From contig JABDCA010000010.1 in the NCBI GenBank assembly GCA_013288345.1, positions 6,340 to 70,339 of the forward strand: 64,000 bases of DNA. The letters run 5' to 3'. The DNA is from Bacteroidota bacterium. Lineage in GTDB: Bacteria; Bacteroidota; Bacteroidia; JABEUT01. The notes beneath the pieces are model-generated. The model saw nothing but the letters and a program-made list of their open reading frames with translations. It was not told where the DNA came from and did no database searches. The number at the start of each line of letters is the position of its first letter. Position 1 is the stretch's first letter. Shown piece after piece: positions 46,201-53,519 of this stretch. Position numbers and translations under genes: made by a program.

Positions 46201-47701
46201 CGATAGCATAAAACGCGCAAACAGCGATACAACGCAAACAACAGGATACTATGTAACTAAATACCTTGCTCATTTAATTACTTCGGTAAAAAACATATCG
46301 ATTACATACAGCAAAAACCAGGGCATGGTATTGCCGGGCTATAATGACTCTACACGCTTTTTTGGTATGGACGATCGCCATGGATGGATACCCGGACCAG
46401 CATTTGTATTTGGAGGCGGACAACAATTAGATACTATTCACTTAAAAAACCCGAATGGGACTTATTCAATCCACAGTGTTCCAAAATTTATTAAACAAGT
46501 GATACGGAATAAATGGATGGATACTGCAAGCAATATATATACACCATTTACTACTATATATACTGAAACATACAGCATACATGCATCATTAGAGCCTATA
46601 CCCGATTTTAAATTAGACCTTACTGCTACACATACCAAATCGCAGACCACCAGTCAATTTATTCACGACTCGCTTGATGTGCCTAATAACGTTGAATACA
46701 CTTTAATTAATGGATATACAGAGGCCGGTAATTTCAGCATGTCATATTTTATGCTGCCTACTATGTTTAAAGGCAATACCGCAGGCGATACACGTTTATT
46801 TGATGCTTACCTTAGCAACAGATCTATTATTTCCAGGAGACTTGGCCTGGCAAAAGGTAGTCAGTCAAATGGGTTTGTACCAACGCACGATACATTAGCA
46901 GCACATTACGACGGCTATAGTTTAACTTCTCAGAACGTAGCTATACCGGCATTTCTTGCCGCCTATTCAGGCAAAAGTGCAAGTACAATACCACTTACTG
47001 CATTCCCTGCAATACCATTCCCGAACTGGACCATATCTTATTCAGGCTTACCTAAACTTATTCCATGGATAAAGAATAATACGCAGAGTGTTACTATCAG
47101 TAGCGCCTATACTTCATCGTACAGTGTAGGAAGCTATAACTATAACCTATTGTATAATCAAGATCCAACTACTCCCTGGTCACGCAATATAAATGGCGAT
47201 TTTATCCCTCAGGACCAAATACCATCGGTGGCGCTTACTGAACAGTTCTCTCCGTTGATAAAAATTGGCATTACGCTAAAGAGCAATATCATGTCGAATA
47301 TTGAAATACGTACTGACAGGGAAATTGCTATGAATATGAGTGACCTGAGTATCAACGAAGTGCATGGGCAGGAATATATTGCTGGCTTGGGGTATAAAAT
47401 TAAAAACGTTGTCTTCCCTATAAAAATAAGCAGCAAACCACTTAAGAATGATTTGACCATTAAAGTTGATATCTCGCTACGGGAGAATGAAACTATACTT
47501 CGTAATTCAGAGAACCTGTCGAACCAGGTTACAGGCGGAACATCTATCCTGTCAATCAAGTCGCAGGCGGAATACAATATAAACCAGCGTGTTAGTTTCA
47601 GGCTTTTCTTCGATAAGATTATTAACACCCCGTTCATCTCATCATCCTACCCTACTTCAACAATGGATGGAGGAATTGCTATCCGGTTCACGCTTTCGTA
47701 A
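40280..47701 (+). CDS. sprA: T9SS outer-membrane translocon / gliding motility protein SprA (Sov)
   Basis: 2473 aa. TTG start with a signal peptide. Size, composition and the ruvA-sprA synteny are typical of Bacteroidota SprA. Confidence 0.85.
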   Translation: MTLSKKYLPVAVAVMLLLVFNKTWAKSEAPAFSKYSVTLVVDTPPETNNEPLNLPFPFTDQSGNGMPLYVPDGGFMLSNPSNLKTEIEYNPKTGKYEIYQKIGGIDYRMPTEMDSDQFMDYMNRKSEHSYFEQKVKTTAKEEQKKGLIPPIKIGGKLFTDIFGTPYVNIRPQGSAELTFGFTNSILENPALPVIQRSLTTFNFDENIQLNVTGEIGDKLKLSTTYNTKATFSFQNQMKLNFNGHEDDIIKSIDAGNIAFNLPGTLITGSQSLFGVKLKTQFGRLTSTTVYAQEQGNKKTISVQNGAQTTNFNVKCDQYMANQHFFLSHFFRDQYDKALSNPPIINSGVTITKIEVWITNTSSATQNTRDIVALTDLGESEPYLTNKGSVSMNPKYNSTNIYPPADTLNFENPSQLEGTYPSIKTPVTAVSGLISAHLTQVTDFEKIDLARMLSPSEYTLNAKLGYISLKQPLNYDQVVAVAYQYTYNGGVFQVGQFSTDGVPTTNELIVKMLKSTNVSPTTPMWQLMMKNIYPLGSYQINSQNFMLQVWYSNPATGVDIPYLPVASGPLKGNLLLQVMGLDQLDAEGDKVPDGVFDFVNGVTIDAANGLVIFPSVEPFGSYLSKKFATDHYTTTDAQPYIFQSLYDSVLTAAQQQPNLDRYWIRGSFQSSVSSDISLGALNVPQGSVLVTAGGIKLTENVDYTVDYTLGRVKILNQGLLSSGTPIQVSLENNALFSIQSKTYFGQHFDYMVSKDFNLGATVVNYTEHPLTQIVSIGQEPVSNTMIGLNEDFKTPAPWLTDAIDKLPFIRTKAPSEITSSTEIAAMIPGHPAYIGTTGNAYIDNFEGSESFIDISQPYSWSIASIPQGQPTLFPEAAPISTTNTSAGFNRSKVAWYVVDPLFQQQTAGLTPGSETATDMSDNFSRMILQTEVFPNEQSATGTPLNLAALNVGFYPQYRGPYNYDTANVNPADGTFLNTQAKWGGIQRSIQETDFEANNIGFIEFWMMDPYNSDNSATATGGNLQGPNNSGSLYFDLGDVSEDVIPDGLKSFENGLPTNAADAADSTNINNPWTQTKWGHVPVNPSLVNAFDNNTASRPFQDIGLDGLSDAQEQSFFGKYLNTMARMYGTSSAAYINANNDPSSDDYHYYRGDDYDNTAKTVLNRYMAYNGMEGNSPTEGQYVSQNSGGYPTTQTTLPNTEDINQDNTLSTDETYYEYQVKFDKRDINPANVGNNFITNAFLAPAASTPNGNKQVYWYQFKIPISEFVTKVGPISDFKSIRFIRMYFKGFDKPVMCRFAKLELVRDDWRKFSGTLLAPGNYLPNNNNLTTFNMYGVNLEENASRTPVNYVIPPGIQRQLNLQSANLVQENEGSLALQLCNLQDGDARGVYKNVQLDLRAYKNLQMFVHCESADPAHLLKTGDVTAFIRIGSDFTNNYYEYEVPLQVTPTGSYSTNNANDQESVWPQANQMDIILTNLENAKLKRDAAMGSNTSALSLEIPYTVKDGNNNITVVGNPTISNVQVIMLGVRNPKQTSSSVGDDGQPKCTEVWFDELRMTNFSEKGGWAAITRETAKLADWGTLSVAGNISTPGFGSLETTVGNLSRETDVGYTVATNLEMGKLLPPSLNISIPTYLSYGRQYIIPEYNPLDPDILLSQSLANLSKDSANNLSNEVLTITTQKSVNFTNVHVNKGKNAKKSHFYDIQNFAATYAYTEQDHTDINTIHSYTRDYKGALTYSYSFKPKAIQPLIKSEFFKKSKYLALIRDFNFYPMPDKLSVSANIDRGYNDFQLRVIIPGADIVLPDDVSKTFNLIRNYNFVYPITKSIKFDYTATNDSRVMEPEGRPITQQSDRDSVKQAFLTRQENTDFKQTENLSYDIPINKLPYLDFITASARYTANYEWMHAPFAQPDLGSTIQNSNTQQINGQLNMTMLYNKIPFFKKYLQDDKQKPGGGRPQPGRTGPLNKGQKPVVQTQHTLDSIKRANSDTTQTTGYYVTKYLAHLITSVKNISITYSKNQGMVLPGYNDSTRFFGMDDRHGWIPGPAFVFGGGQQLDTIHLKNPNGTYSIHSVPKFIKQVIRNKWMDTASNIYTPFTTIYTETYSIHASLEPIPDFKLDLTATHTKSQTTSQFIHDSLDVPNNVEYTLINGYTEAGNFSMSYFMLPTMFKGNTAGDTRLFDAYLSNRSIISRRLGLAKGSQSNGFVPTHDTLAAHYDGYSLTSQNVAIPAFLAAYSGKSASTIPLTAFPAIPFPNWTISYSGLPKLIPWIKNNTQSVTISSAYTSSYSVGSYNYNLLYNQDPTTPWSRNINGDFIPQDQIPSVALTEQFSPLIKIGITLKSNIMSNIEIRTDREIAMNMSDLSINEVHGQEYIAGLGYKIKNVVFPIKISSKPLKNDLTIKVDISLRENETILRNSENLSNQVTGGTSILSIKSQAEYNINQRVSFRLFFDKIINTPFISSSYPTSTMDGGIAIRFTLS

Positions 47702-47983
47702 AAGCCTTGTATTGCTTTACAGCAAAGGGAATGGAGTCCTGTTGAATTATCTTTGAAAAGTGCCCTTCTACGAATAACATATAAAAGGTTACGTTTTCCG
47801 GGCTGTTTTATTAAAAACATATTCACCAATATCCTTTAATCTAAACGATTTAGATGAATGCTGAATTATTTAACATTTTGCAACTGATTGATTTATTGAT
47901 GGTTCTGCAAACAGGCTGAAATATGTGTAACCCCACACTATCTACATCGTTTAGATATAGAGAGGACTAACAAAGATTTTTAC

Positions 47984-50900
47984 ATGGAGCCTATAACTAC
48001 CCTTACAGGATACATACTCAGCAGATTTTTGCACGGAATACGAATAGTGTTGCTTACAACAATTGCAGGTTTATTTATTTACCATACGAGTATAGCACGT
48101 AACATAAAAAATAAAGCACCGTCAACCGAAGATGCCGCAGCCGGTATCCGGGGCATACCTTCCGTAATGAACGAAAGCCTGGGTATGTCTCCGGAAAATT
48201 CCACACCGGATATGGCTTTTGAAAAAACAGCAAACAATAATGATGAAACAAAAAACTACAACACACATCAAAACAACTACGAACAACTTAAGGCCCCTAC
48301 TTCAATAAATGAAATTGCAGCACACCCTTTTACCACTCAAGCAGGCAAGCCCCAACCGGGCGAAGAGATAGAGATTGCCTCTATTAAGCTGCAAGCTTAC
48401 CATATACTGTTTACTGTTCAGCAAAAAACCGGTGCATCTGATGCAGAGATGAACCTCTTCCAAAACTATTACTACGATAAATTATTTGCCAGCGATGTAA
48501 GTACATTCTGGAAGCAAGTAGAGAACAAACAAATTGTAACAGATGCCGATATTCAGAAATATGCCCAACAGAAAATTGATGAATATGTAAACTTGTTCAT
48601 TGTATTTAGGGGAATTGAAAAAGATTACCCAAGCAGCATTACTGAATACAGCAGCCATAATACACACGCGCCAATGGCAGCATGTAACCCGGGTTGCGAT
48701 AATATAGGTTTTGAAAGCGGAAACCTGAATGCATGGAGCGCATATTATGCTCAAAATACATCAAGTACAAGCACATTTTCTACCACAACACCTACAGGTG
48801 GCGCATGTGGTGCAGTTCAACGGTCTGCCTTAGACCCTAATACAAATACTTACCAGGTCGCTATGACATCGGGTGCAGGTACTGACCCCGTTGCCGGTTC
48901 GCTGATACCAGTAGTTTGTCCTACCGGCGGTTCTTACTCCTGCCGTATTGGCGATAGCACGCGCAACGGTGCACAGATAGGTATTTTAGAGCAAAGCTTT
49001 AATGTTACCAAAGCAAATGCAAACTTTACTTATATGTATGCAGTAGTATTGGAAAACCCAAACCATGCATACACACAACAACCTTATTTCAATGTACAAA
49101 TGCTCGACCAGAATGGCAACCCTATACCAAACTGCGGTAGTTATTCTGTAGTATCGGGTCCCGGTTTGCCCGGCTATACTCCTATATATTACCCAAGTGA
49201 TAACGATACCGTTTACTGCAAACCATGGACCACGGTGTATGTGCCATTACAAGCATACATTGGCCAATGCGTAACTATAGTTGTAACTGTGTCTGACTGT
49301 TCTTTAGGCGGACACTTTGGTTATGCCTATTTCGATGCAACCTGTTTAGCAGGTATCATTACTTCTTTACCTACTCTATGCAACAATATTGCAACCTTAA
49401 CTGCCACTGCTCCTGCAGGTGCATCTACCTATAACTGGATGGGGCCATGTATAGTTGGCCCTACAAATCAGCAAAGCATAACAGTAAGTTGCCCCGGTGT
49501 ATATAAGGTAGCCATTACCAGTGTTATAGGCAGCAGTTGTTCCGATACTATTGTAGATACAGTAACAGGCAGCATAGCTCCTACAGTATCTGTAACACAG
49601 CCCGGAACCAACATAAGCTGCTTTGGCGGAAGTAATGGTACTGCTACGGCTGCCGGAAGTGGTGGTGCTGGTGCGTTCACATATCTATGGTCGCCAAGCG
49701 GATCAACAAATGCAACAGCAACCGGTTTATCTGCCGGTACATATAGTGTAACCGTAACCGATGCAAATGGATGTAAAACAACTGCAACAACAACCCTTAT
49801 ACAACCTACAGCATTAAATATTACTACCGCAAGCACTCCTGCAAAATGCAATGGTGGTAATTCAGGCAGTGCGAGCATTAATGTAAGCGGAGGTACAACA
49901 CCTTATACTTATTCATGGACACCAAATGTGGGTAATGCAGCCACAGTAAATAATCTTAGTGCAGGCACATATACTGTAACCGTTACTGATGCACACAGTT
50001 GCACTCAAATTGTGAATGTAACAGTTACCCAACCTACGGCATTATCGTCAAGTGTTTCAGCAACACCTGCAAGCTGCAATGGTGGCAACAATGGTTCGGG
50101 TGCAGTAGTAATTAACGGTGGAACACCGCCTTACAATTATAGCTGGGCACCAAACAGCGGATATACTTCTTCAGCTACTAATCTTATTTCGGGCACTTAT
50201 ACCATAACATCAGCAGATGCTAACGGATGCCCTATAATCTCTACACTAAATGTTGCAGAGCCAAGCGCTATTACTACTTCTGCATCTTCATCAGGTGCAA
50301 GTTGTTATGGCGGTATAACAGGTAGTGCAACGGTTATTGCAAATGGCGGAACATTGCCTTATACTTATTCATGGGCACCTTACGGCGGAAATAGTTCTGT
50401 AGCAAATGCTCTTAGCGCAGGCACATATACAGTTACTGTTACCGATGGGCATAATTGCAAGAATACAACTACTGTTCCCGTAACGCAACCTGCAATATTA
50501 GGCGCATTAAACTTCTCTTCGAATGTTAGTTGCAGTGGCGGAAACAACGGCACAGCAAAAGTAATTGCCACAGGCGGTATTACGCCTTATAGTTATGCGT
50601 GGTTACCAAATGTGAGTGTAACCGACAGCGCTAAAAATTTACCTATAGGAGTTTATGCAGTAATAGTAACCGATGCACACAATTGCAGCACGACAGCAAC
50701 TATAAATATTGTACAACCAAGCTTGGTAATTGCAACACAAGGGCCTTCTAGTAATATTAGTTGTAATGGCGGAAATAACGGAAGCACATCTGTGGTAGCA
50801 ATAGGCGGAGTACCTCCTTATACCTACGCATGGTCTCCTAAAGTCGGAACAAGTTTTGCAGCCAATAATTTACCGGCCGGTACATATACAGTAACTGTTA

Positions 50901-53143
50901 CCGATGCACACAACTGCCCTGCAACAGTAGTATCAACCATTACACAACCACCAGTGCTTACTGCAAACGTAAAATCATTTACCAATGTAAATTGTTATGG
51001 CGCAAATAACGGAAGTGCAGTTATTAATGCAGCAGGCGGAGCAGGTTCTTACACTTATTCATGGGTGCCCAAAGTGAGCAATACAAACTCTGCAAATAAT
51101 CTTAAAGCAGGTACATATACCGTTACAGTAACCGATGGAAATGGTTGCACCACCAATACCATAGTAACCATACAACAACCTACTGCAGTTGCCGGTAATA
51201 TAGTTTCAACCAGTAGTATCAGTTGCTACGGTGGCACCAATGGTTCTATTAAAATAGCTGCAACAGGCGGCACACCTGCGTATACTTATTCCTGGAAGCC
51301 TAATGTAAGTAATGGTGTATCTGCAAGTAATCTTCCCGCCGGATCTTACACAATAACTGTTACCGACGCTAACGGATGCCCCAATACAATAAACACTACA
51401 CTTAGTCAACCTAAAGCAATTGTTGCTACAACTACTATACAACCACCTACCTGTAATGGCCTGCAAAATGGCTCAGCATCAGTAACCGTATCGGGTGGTG
51501 TGCCTCCTTATAAATATGTTTGGGGCACTTCCAATCCTACATACACGTATTATATAAATAATATTGGTGCTGGTACATATACAGTTTTAGTAAGCGATGC
51601 CAATGGTTGTACTAAAATAGATACCGCAAAAGTCACACAGCCTTTTGCACTTATTGCCAGCATTGTAAATACAACTAACCCTATTTGCTATGGCGATACC
51701 AATGGTTCTACCAGTGTGTATGTAAGCGGAGGAACATTACCCTACACTTATTCATGGAACACAACACCAAAACAAACTAGTTATACAGCTTCTAAATTAG
51801 GAGCAGGTACCTACACCGTAAATGTAGTTGACGCTAATAATTGCCCTATAACCAAGATAGTAACCCTTACACAACCTACACAGGTTGTTACGCAAGCAAC
51901 AGCACCTGACAGTATTTGCAGCGGCACTACAGTTACTATTGTTGCTTCAGCTTATGGAGGAAACGGAACATATAACTACCAATGGAGTACAGGCACTGGT
52001 TCTATTGCCACACAAAACGTTACACCAGTAAATACTACTACCTATACTATTACAGCAATTGATGGCAACGGATGTATTGGTAAGCCTGCAACGGTAACTA
52101 TACATACCTGGAACCTCGGCCCTGCAAATGTTACCGTAAGCCCTGCACAAACCATCTGCCAGGGCGATTCAGTAACACTTTCTGCAACTGTTACTAACGC
52201 CAATTCGGGCAGCGTAAATATTCAGTGGAACAATGGCTTTAATGGCACAGGTCCATTTAAATTACTACTCCATAATGATACATCATTTACAATAACCGTA
52301 ACCAACCAATGTGGAAGCATGGTAGTAAAAACCATACCTGTAACTGTACATCTGTTGCCTATAATAAATATACCTGTTCAAAGTTCAGCATCATGCAGAG
52401 GCGTTACATTTACTTATCACGATTCGTCTGCGGCAAATAAAGGCGCTAACTATTTATGGAACTTTGGTGACAGCGCTACAGGCAACACAAATCCAATATC
52501 ACACATCTATACACAAACAGGCACTTATACTATAACTGTACTTGTTACTTCTACCCAGGGTTGCAGCAGCAGAGATACTACCACGGCAAACGTTACCGTG
52601 TACCCAACTGCAAAGGCTAAGTTTACCGAAGACCCTAATGAAGCACCTATTTCTAATCCTATTATTTCATTCATTGATGGTTCTGTAAATACAACTTCAT
52701 GGATGTGGGATTTCGGAGATAGAAAAGGCAGCACATCTATTTCGTTTGAAGAAAACCCAATACATACTTATGCCGATACCGGAACATATGTTGTTCACCT
52801 TTATTCAAATAACAAATACGGTTGTGCCGATACGGCAGACCATGTAGTTCGTATCGACCCAGAGTTTACCTTTTATGTTCCTGATGCATTCAGCCCTAAT
52901 GGCGATGGTGTAAACGATTACTTTACCGGAAAAGGTATTGGAATAATTGCCTTCGATATGGTTATATATGACCGTTGGGGTATGTTCCTGTTCGAAACAA
53001 CCGACATTAACACGGGATGGGATGGTACAGTAAATGGAGGCACAAAAATATCACAGGAAGATACTTATGTATATATAATTAAAGTAACCGACTTTATGCA
53101 CAACGTTCATTCTTACCTAGGTTCGGTAACCATCATAAAATAA
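47984..53143 (+). CDS. SprB-repeat / PKD-domain cell-surface protein with T9SS type-B C-terminal sorting domain
   Basis: 1719 aa. Ten tandem ~76-aa SprB-type repeats (C.GG.NG...GG..PY.Y.W.P.......L.AGTYTVTVTD..GC) and two PKD-like domains (WNFGDS..., WDFGDR...). The C-terminus is YVPDAFSPNGDGVNDYF...WDG...YVYIIKV, a gliding-motility-associated CTD. Confidence 0.9.
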   Translation: MEPITTLTGYILSRFLHGIRIVLLTTIAGLFIYHTSIARNIKNKAPSTEDAAAGIRGIPSVMNESLGMSPENSTPDMAFEKTANNNDETKNYNTHQNNYEQLKAPTSINEIAAHPFTTQAGKPQPGEEIEIASIKLQAYHILFTVQQKTGASDAEMNLFQNYYYDKLFASDVSTFWKQVENKQIVTDADIQKYAQQKIDEYVNLFIVFRGIEKDYPSSITEYSSHNTHAPMAACNPGCDNIGFESGNLNAWSAYYAQNTSSTSTFSTTTPTGGACGAVQRSALDPNTNTYQVAMTSGAGTDPVAGSLIPVVCPTGGSYSCRIGDSTRNGAQIGILEQSFNVTKANANFTYMYAVVLENPNHAYTQQPYFNVQMLDQNGNPIPNCGSYSVVSGPGLPGYTPIYYPSDNDTVYCKPWTTVYVPLQAYIGQCVTIVVTVSDCSLGGHFGYAYFDATCLAGIITSLPTLCNNIATLTATAPAGASTYNWMGPCIVGPTNQQSITVSCPGVYKVAITSVIGSSCSDTIVDTVTGSIAPTVSVTQPGTNISCFGGSNGTATAAGSGGAGAFTYLWSPSGSTNATATGLSAGTYSVTVTDANGCKTTATTTLIQPTALNITTASTPAKCNGGNSGSASINVSGGTTPYTYSWTPNVGNAATVNNLSAGTYTVTVTDAHSCTQIVNVTVTQPTALSSSVSATPASCNGGNNGSGAVVINGGTPPYNYSWAPNSGYTSSATNLISGTYTITSADANGCPIISTLNVAEPSAITTSASSSGASCYGGITGSATVIANGGTLPYTYSWAPYGGNSSVANALSAGTYTVTVTDGHNCKNTTTVPVTQPAILGALNFSSNVSCSGGNNGTAKVIATGGITPYSYAWLPNVSVTDSAKNLPIGVYAVIVTDAHNCSTTATINIVQPSLVIATQGPSSNISCNGGNNGSTSVVAIGGVPPYTYAWSPKVGTSFAANNLPAGTYTVTVTDAHNCPATVVSTITQPPVLTANVKSFTNVNCYGANNGSAVINAAGGAGSYTYSWVPKVSNTNSANNLKAGTYTVTVTDGNGCTTNTIVTIQQPTAVAGNIVSTSSISCYGGTNGSIKIAATGGTPAYTYSWKPNVSNGVSASNLPAGSYTITVTDANGCPNTINTTLSQPKAIVATTTIQPPTCNGLQNGSASVTVSGGVPPYKYVWGTSNPTYTYYINNIGAGTYTVLVSDANGCTKIDTAKVTQPFALIASIVNTTNPICYGDTNGSTSVYVSGGTLPYTYSWNTTPKQTSYTASKLGAGTYTVNVVDANNCPITKIVTLTQPTQVVTQATAPDSICSGTTVTIVASAYGGNGTYNYQWSTGTGSIATQNVTPVNTTTYTITAIDGNGCIGKPATVTIHTWNLGPANVTVSPAQTICQGDSVTLSATVTNANSGSVNIQWNNGFNGTGPFKLLLHNDTSFTITVTNQCGSMVVKTIPVTVHLLPIINIPVQSSASCRGVTFTYHDSSAANKGANYLWNFGDSATGNTNPISHIYTQTGTYTITVLVTSTQGCSSRDTTTANVTVYPTAKAKFTEDPNEAPISNPIISFIDGSVNTTSWMWDFGDRKGSTSISFEENPIHTYADTGTYVVHLYSNNKYGCADTADHVVRIDPEFTFYVPDAFSPNGDGVNDYFTGKGIGIIAFDMVIYDRWGMFLFETTDINTGWDGTVNGGTKISQEDTYVYIIKVTDFMHNVHSYLGSVTIIK
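49590..51880 (+). repeat. ten tandem ~228-bp coding repeats (SprB-type repeat array) inside CDS 47984-53143
   Basis: The conserved Cys codon of successive units falls at 49619, 49847 and 50075, so the period is 228 nt. Ten units were counted in the protein (NISCFGG, PAKCNGG, PASCNGG, GASCYGG, NVSCSGG, NISCNGG, NVNCYGA, SISCYGG, PPTCNGL, NPICYGD). The array boundaries are approximate. Confidence 0.85.
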
Positions 53144-53170
53144 ATTCTTTCGGCCCACTGTCGCTTCCCA

Positions 53171-53203
53171 CCTCTCTGCTTTAATTAGCAGGGAGGTTTT
53201 TTT
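53171..53203 (+). terminator. rho-independent terminator after the SprB-repeat gene
   Basis: CCTCTCTGC-TTTAATTA-GCAGGGAGG followed by TTTTTTT. Confidence 0.8.
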
Positions 53204-53396
53204 AATAATTCAAGCAAGGGTTGTTTAAAACTAATTTACTATTTTATTACATATAGTTAATTTTAAGACTAATTTTGTAATGGGCATGCTCTTTGAAATA
53301 ATAAACCGCTTTTTACCTGATTATTTTTGTAAAGGAGAAGAAAAAAAAGCTCTGAACCGCCAAAAACCGCCAGTTTCCGCCAATTATATGGAAGAG

Positions 53397-53420
53397 ATAC
53401 TTCGACAGGCTCAGTATGAC
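53397..53420. repeat. solo half-copy of the 33013-33037 repeat arm
   Basis: ATACTTCGACAGGCTCAGTATGAC versus ATACTTCGACAAGCTCAGTACGAC (33014-33037) gives 22/24 identities. No inverted partner nearby. Confidence 0.6.
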
Positions 53421-53519
53421 AATAAGGGGTATACAAAAAAACAAAAATATTTTAAGTGTTTTTATTGATAACCAATAAGTTGAGGTGTAATAGGGTGGTA
53501 AAAGTGTCCACCCCCTCTA

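Noticed and set aside
49590-51880. Regular 228-bp periodicity that could be mistaken for a repeat array such as CRISPR
   Set aside because: The periodicity is entirely in-frame coding sequence (SprB-type protein repeats). There is no repeat-spacer structure and there are no cas genes.
53280-53468. 62-aa + strand ORF in the long convergent gap
   Set aside because: It reads through the CCGCCA repeats and a REP arm (giving ...LRQAQYDNK...). It has no promoter box or family resemblance and is probably not coding.
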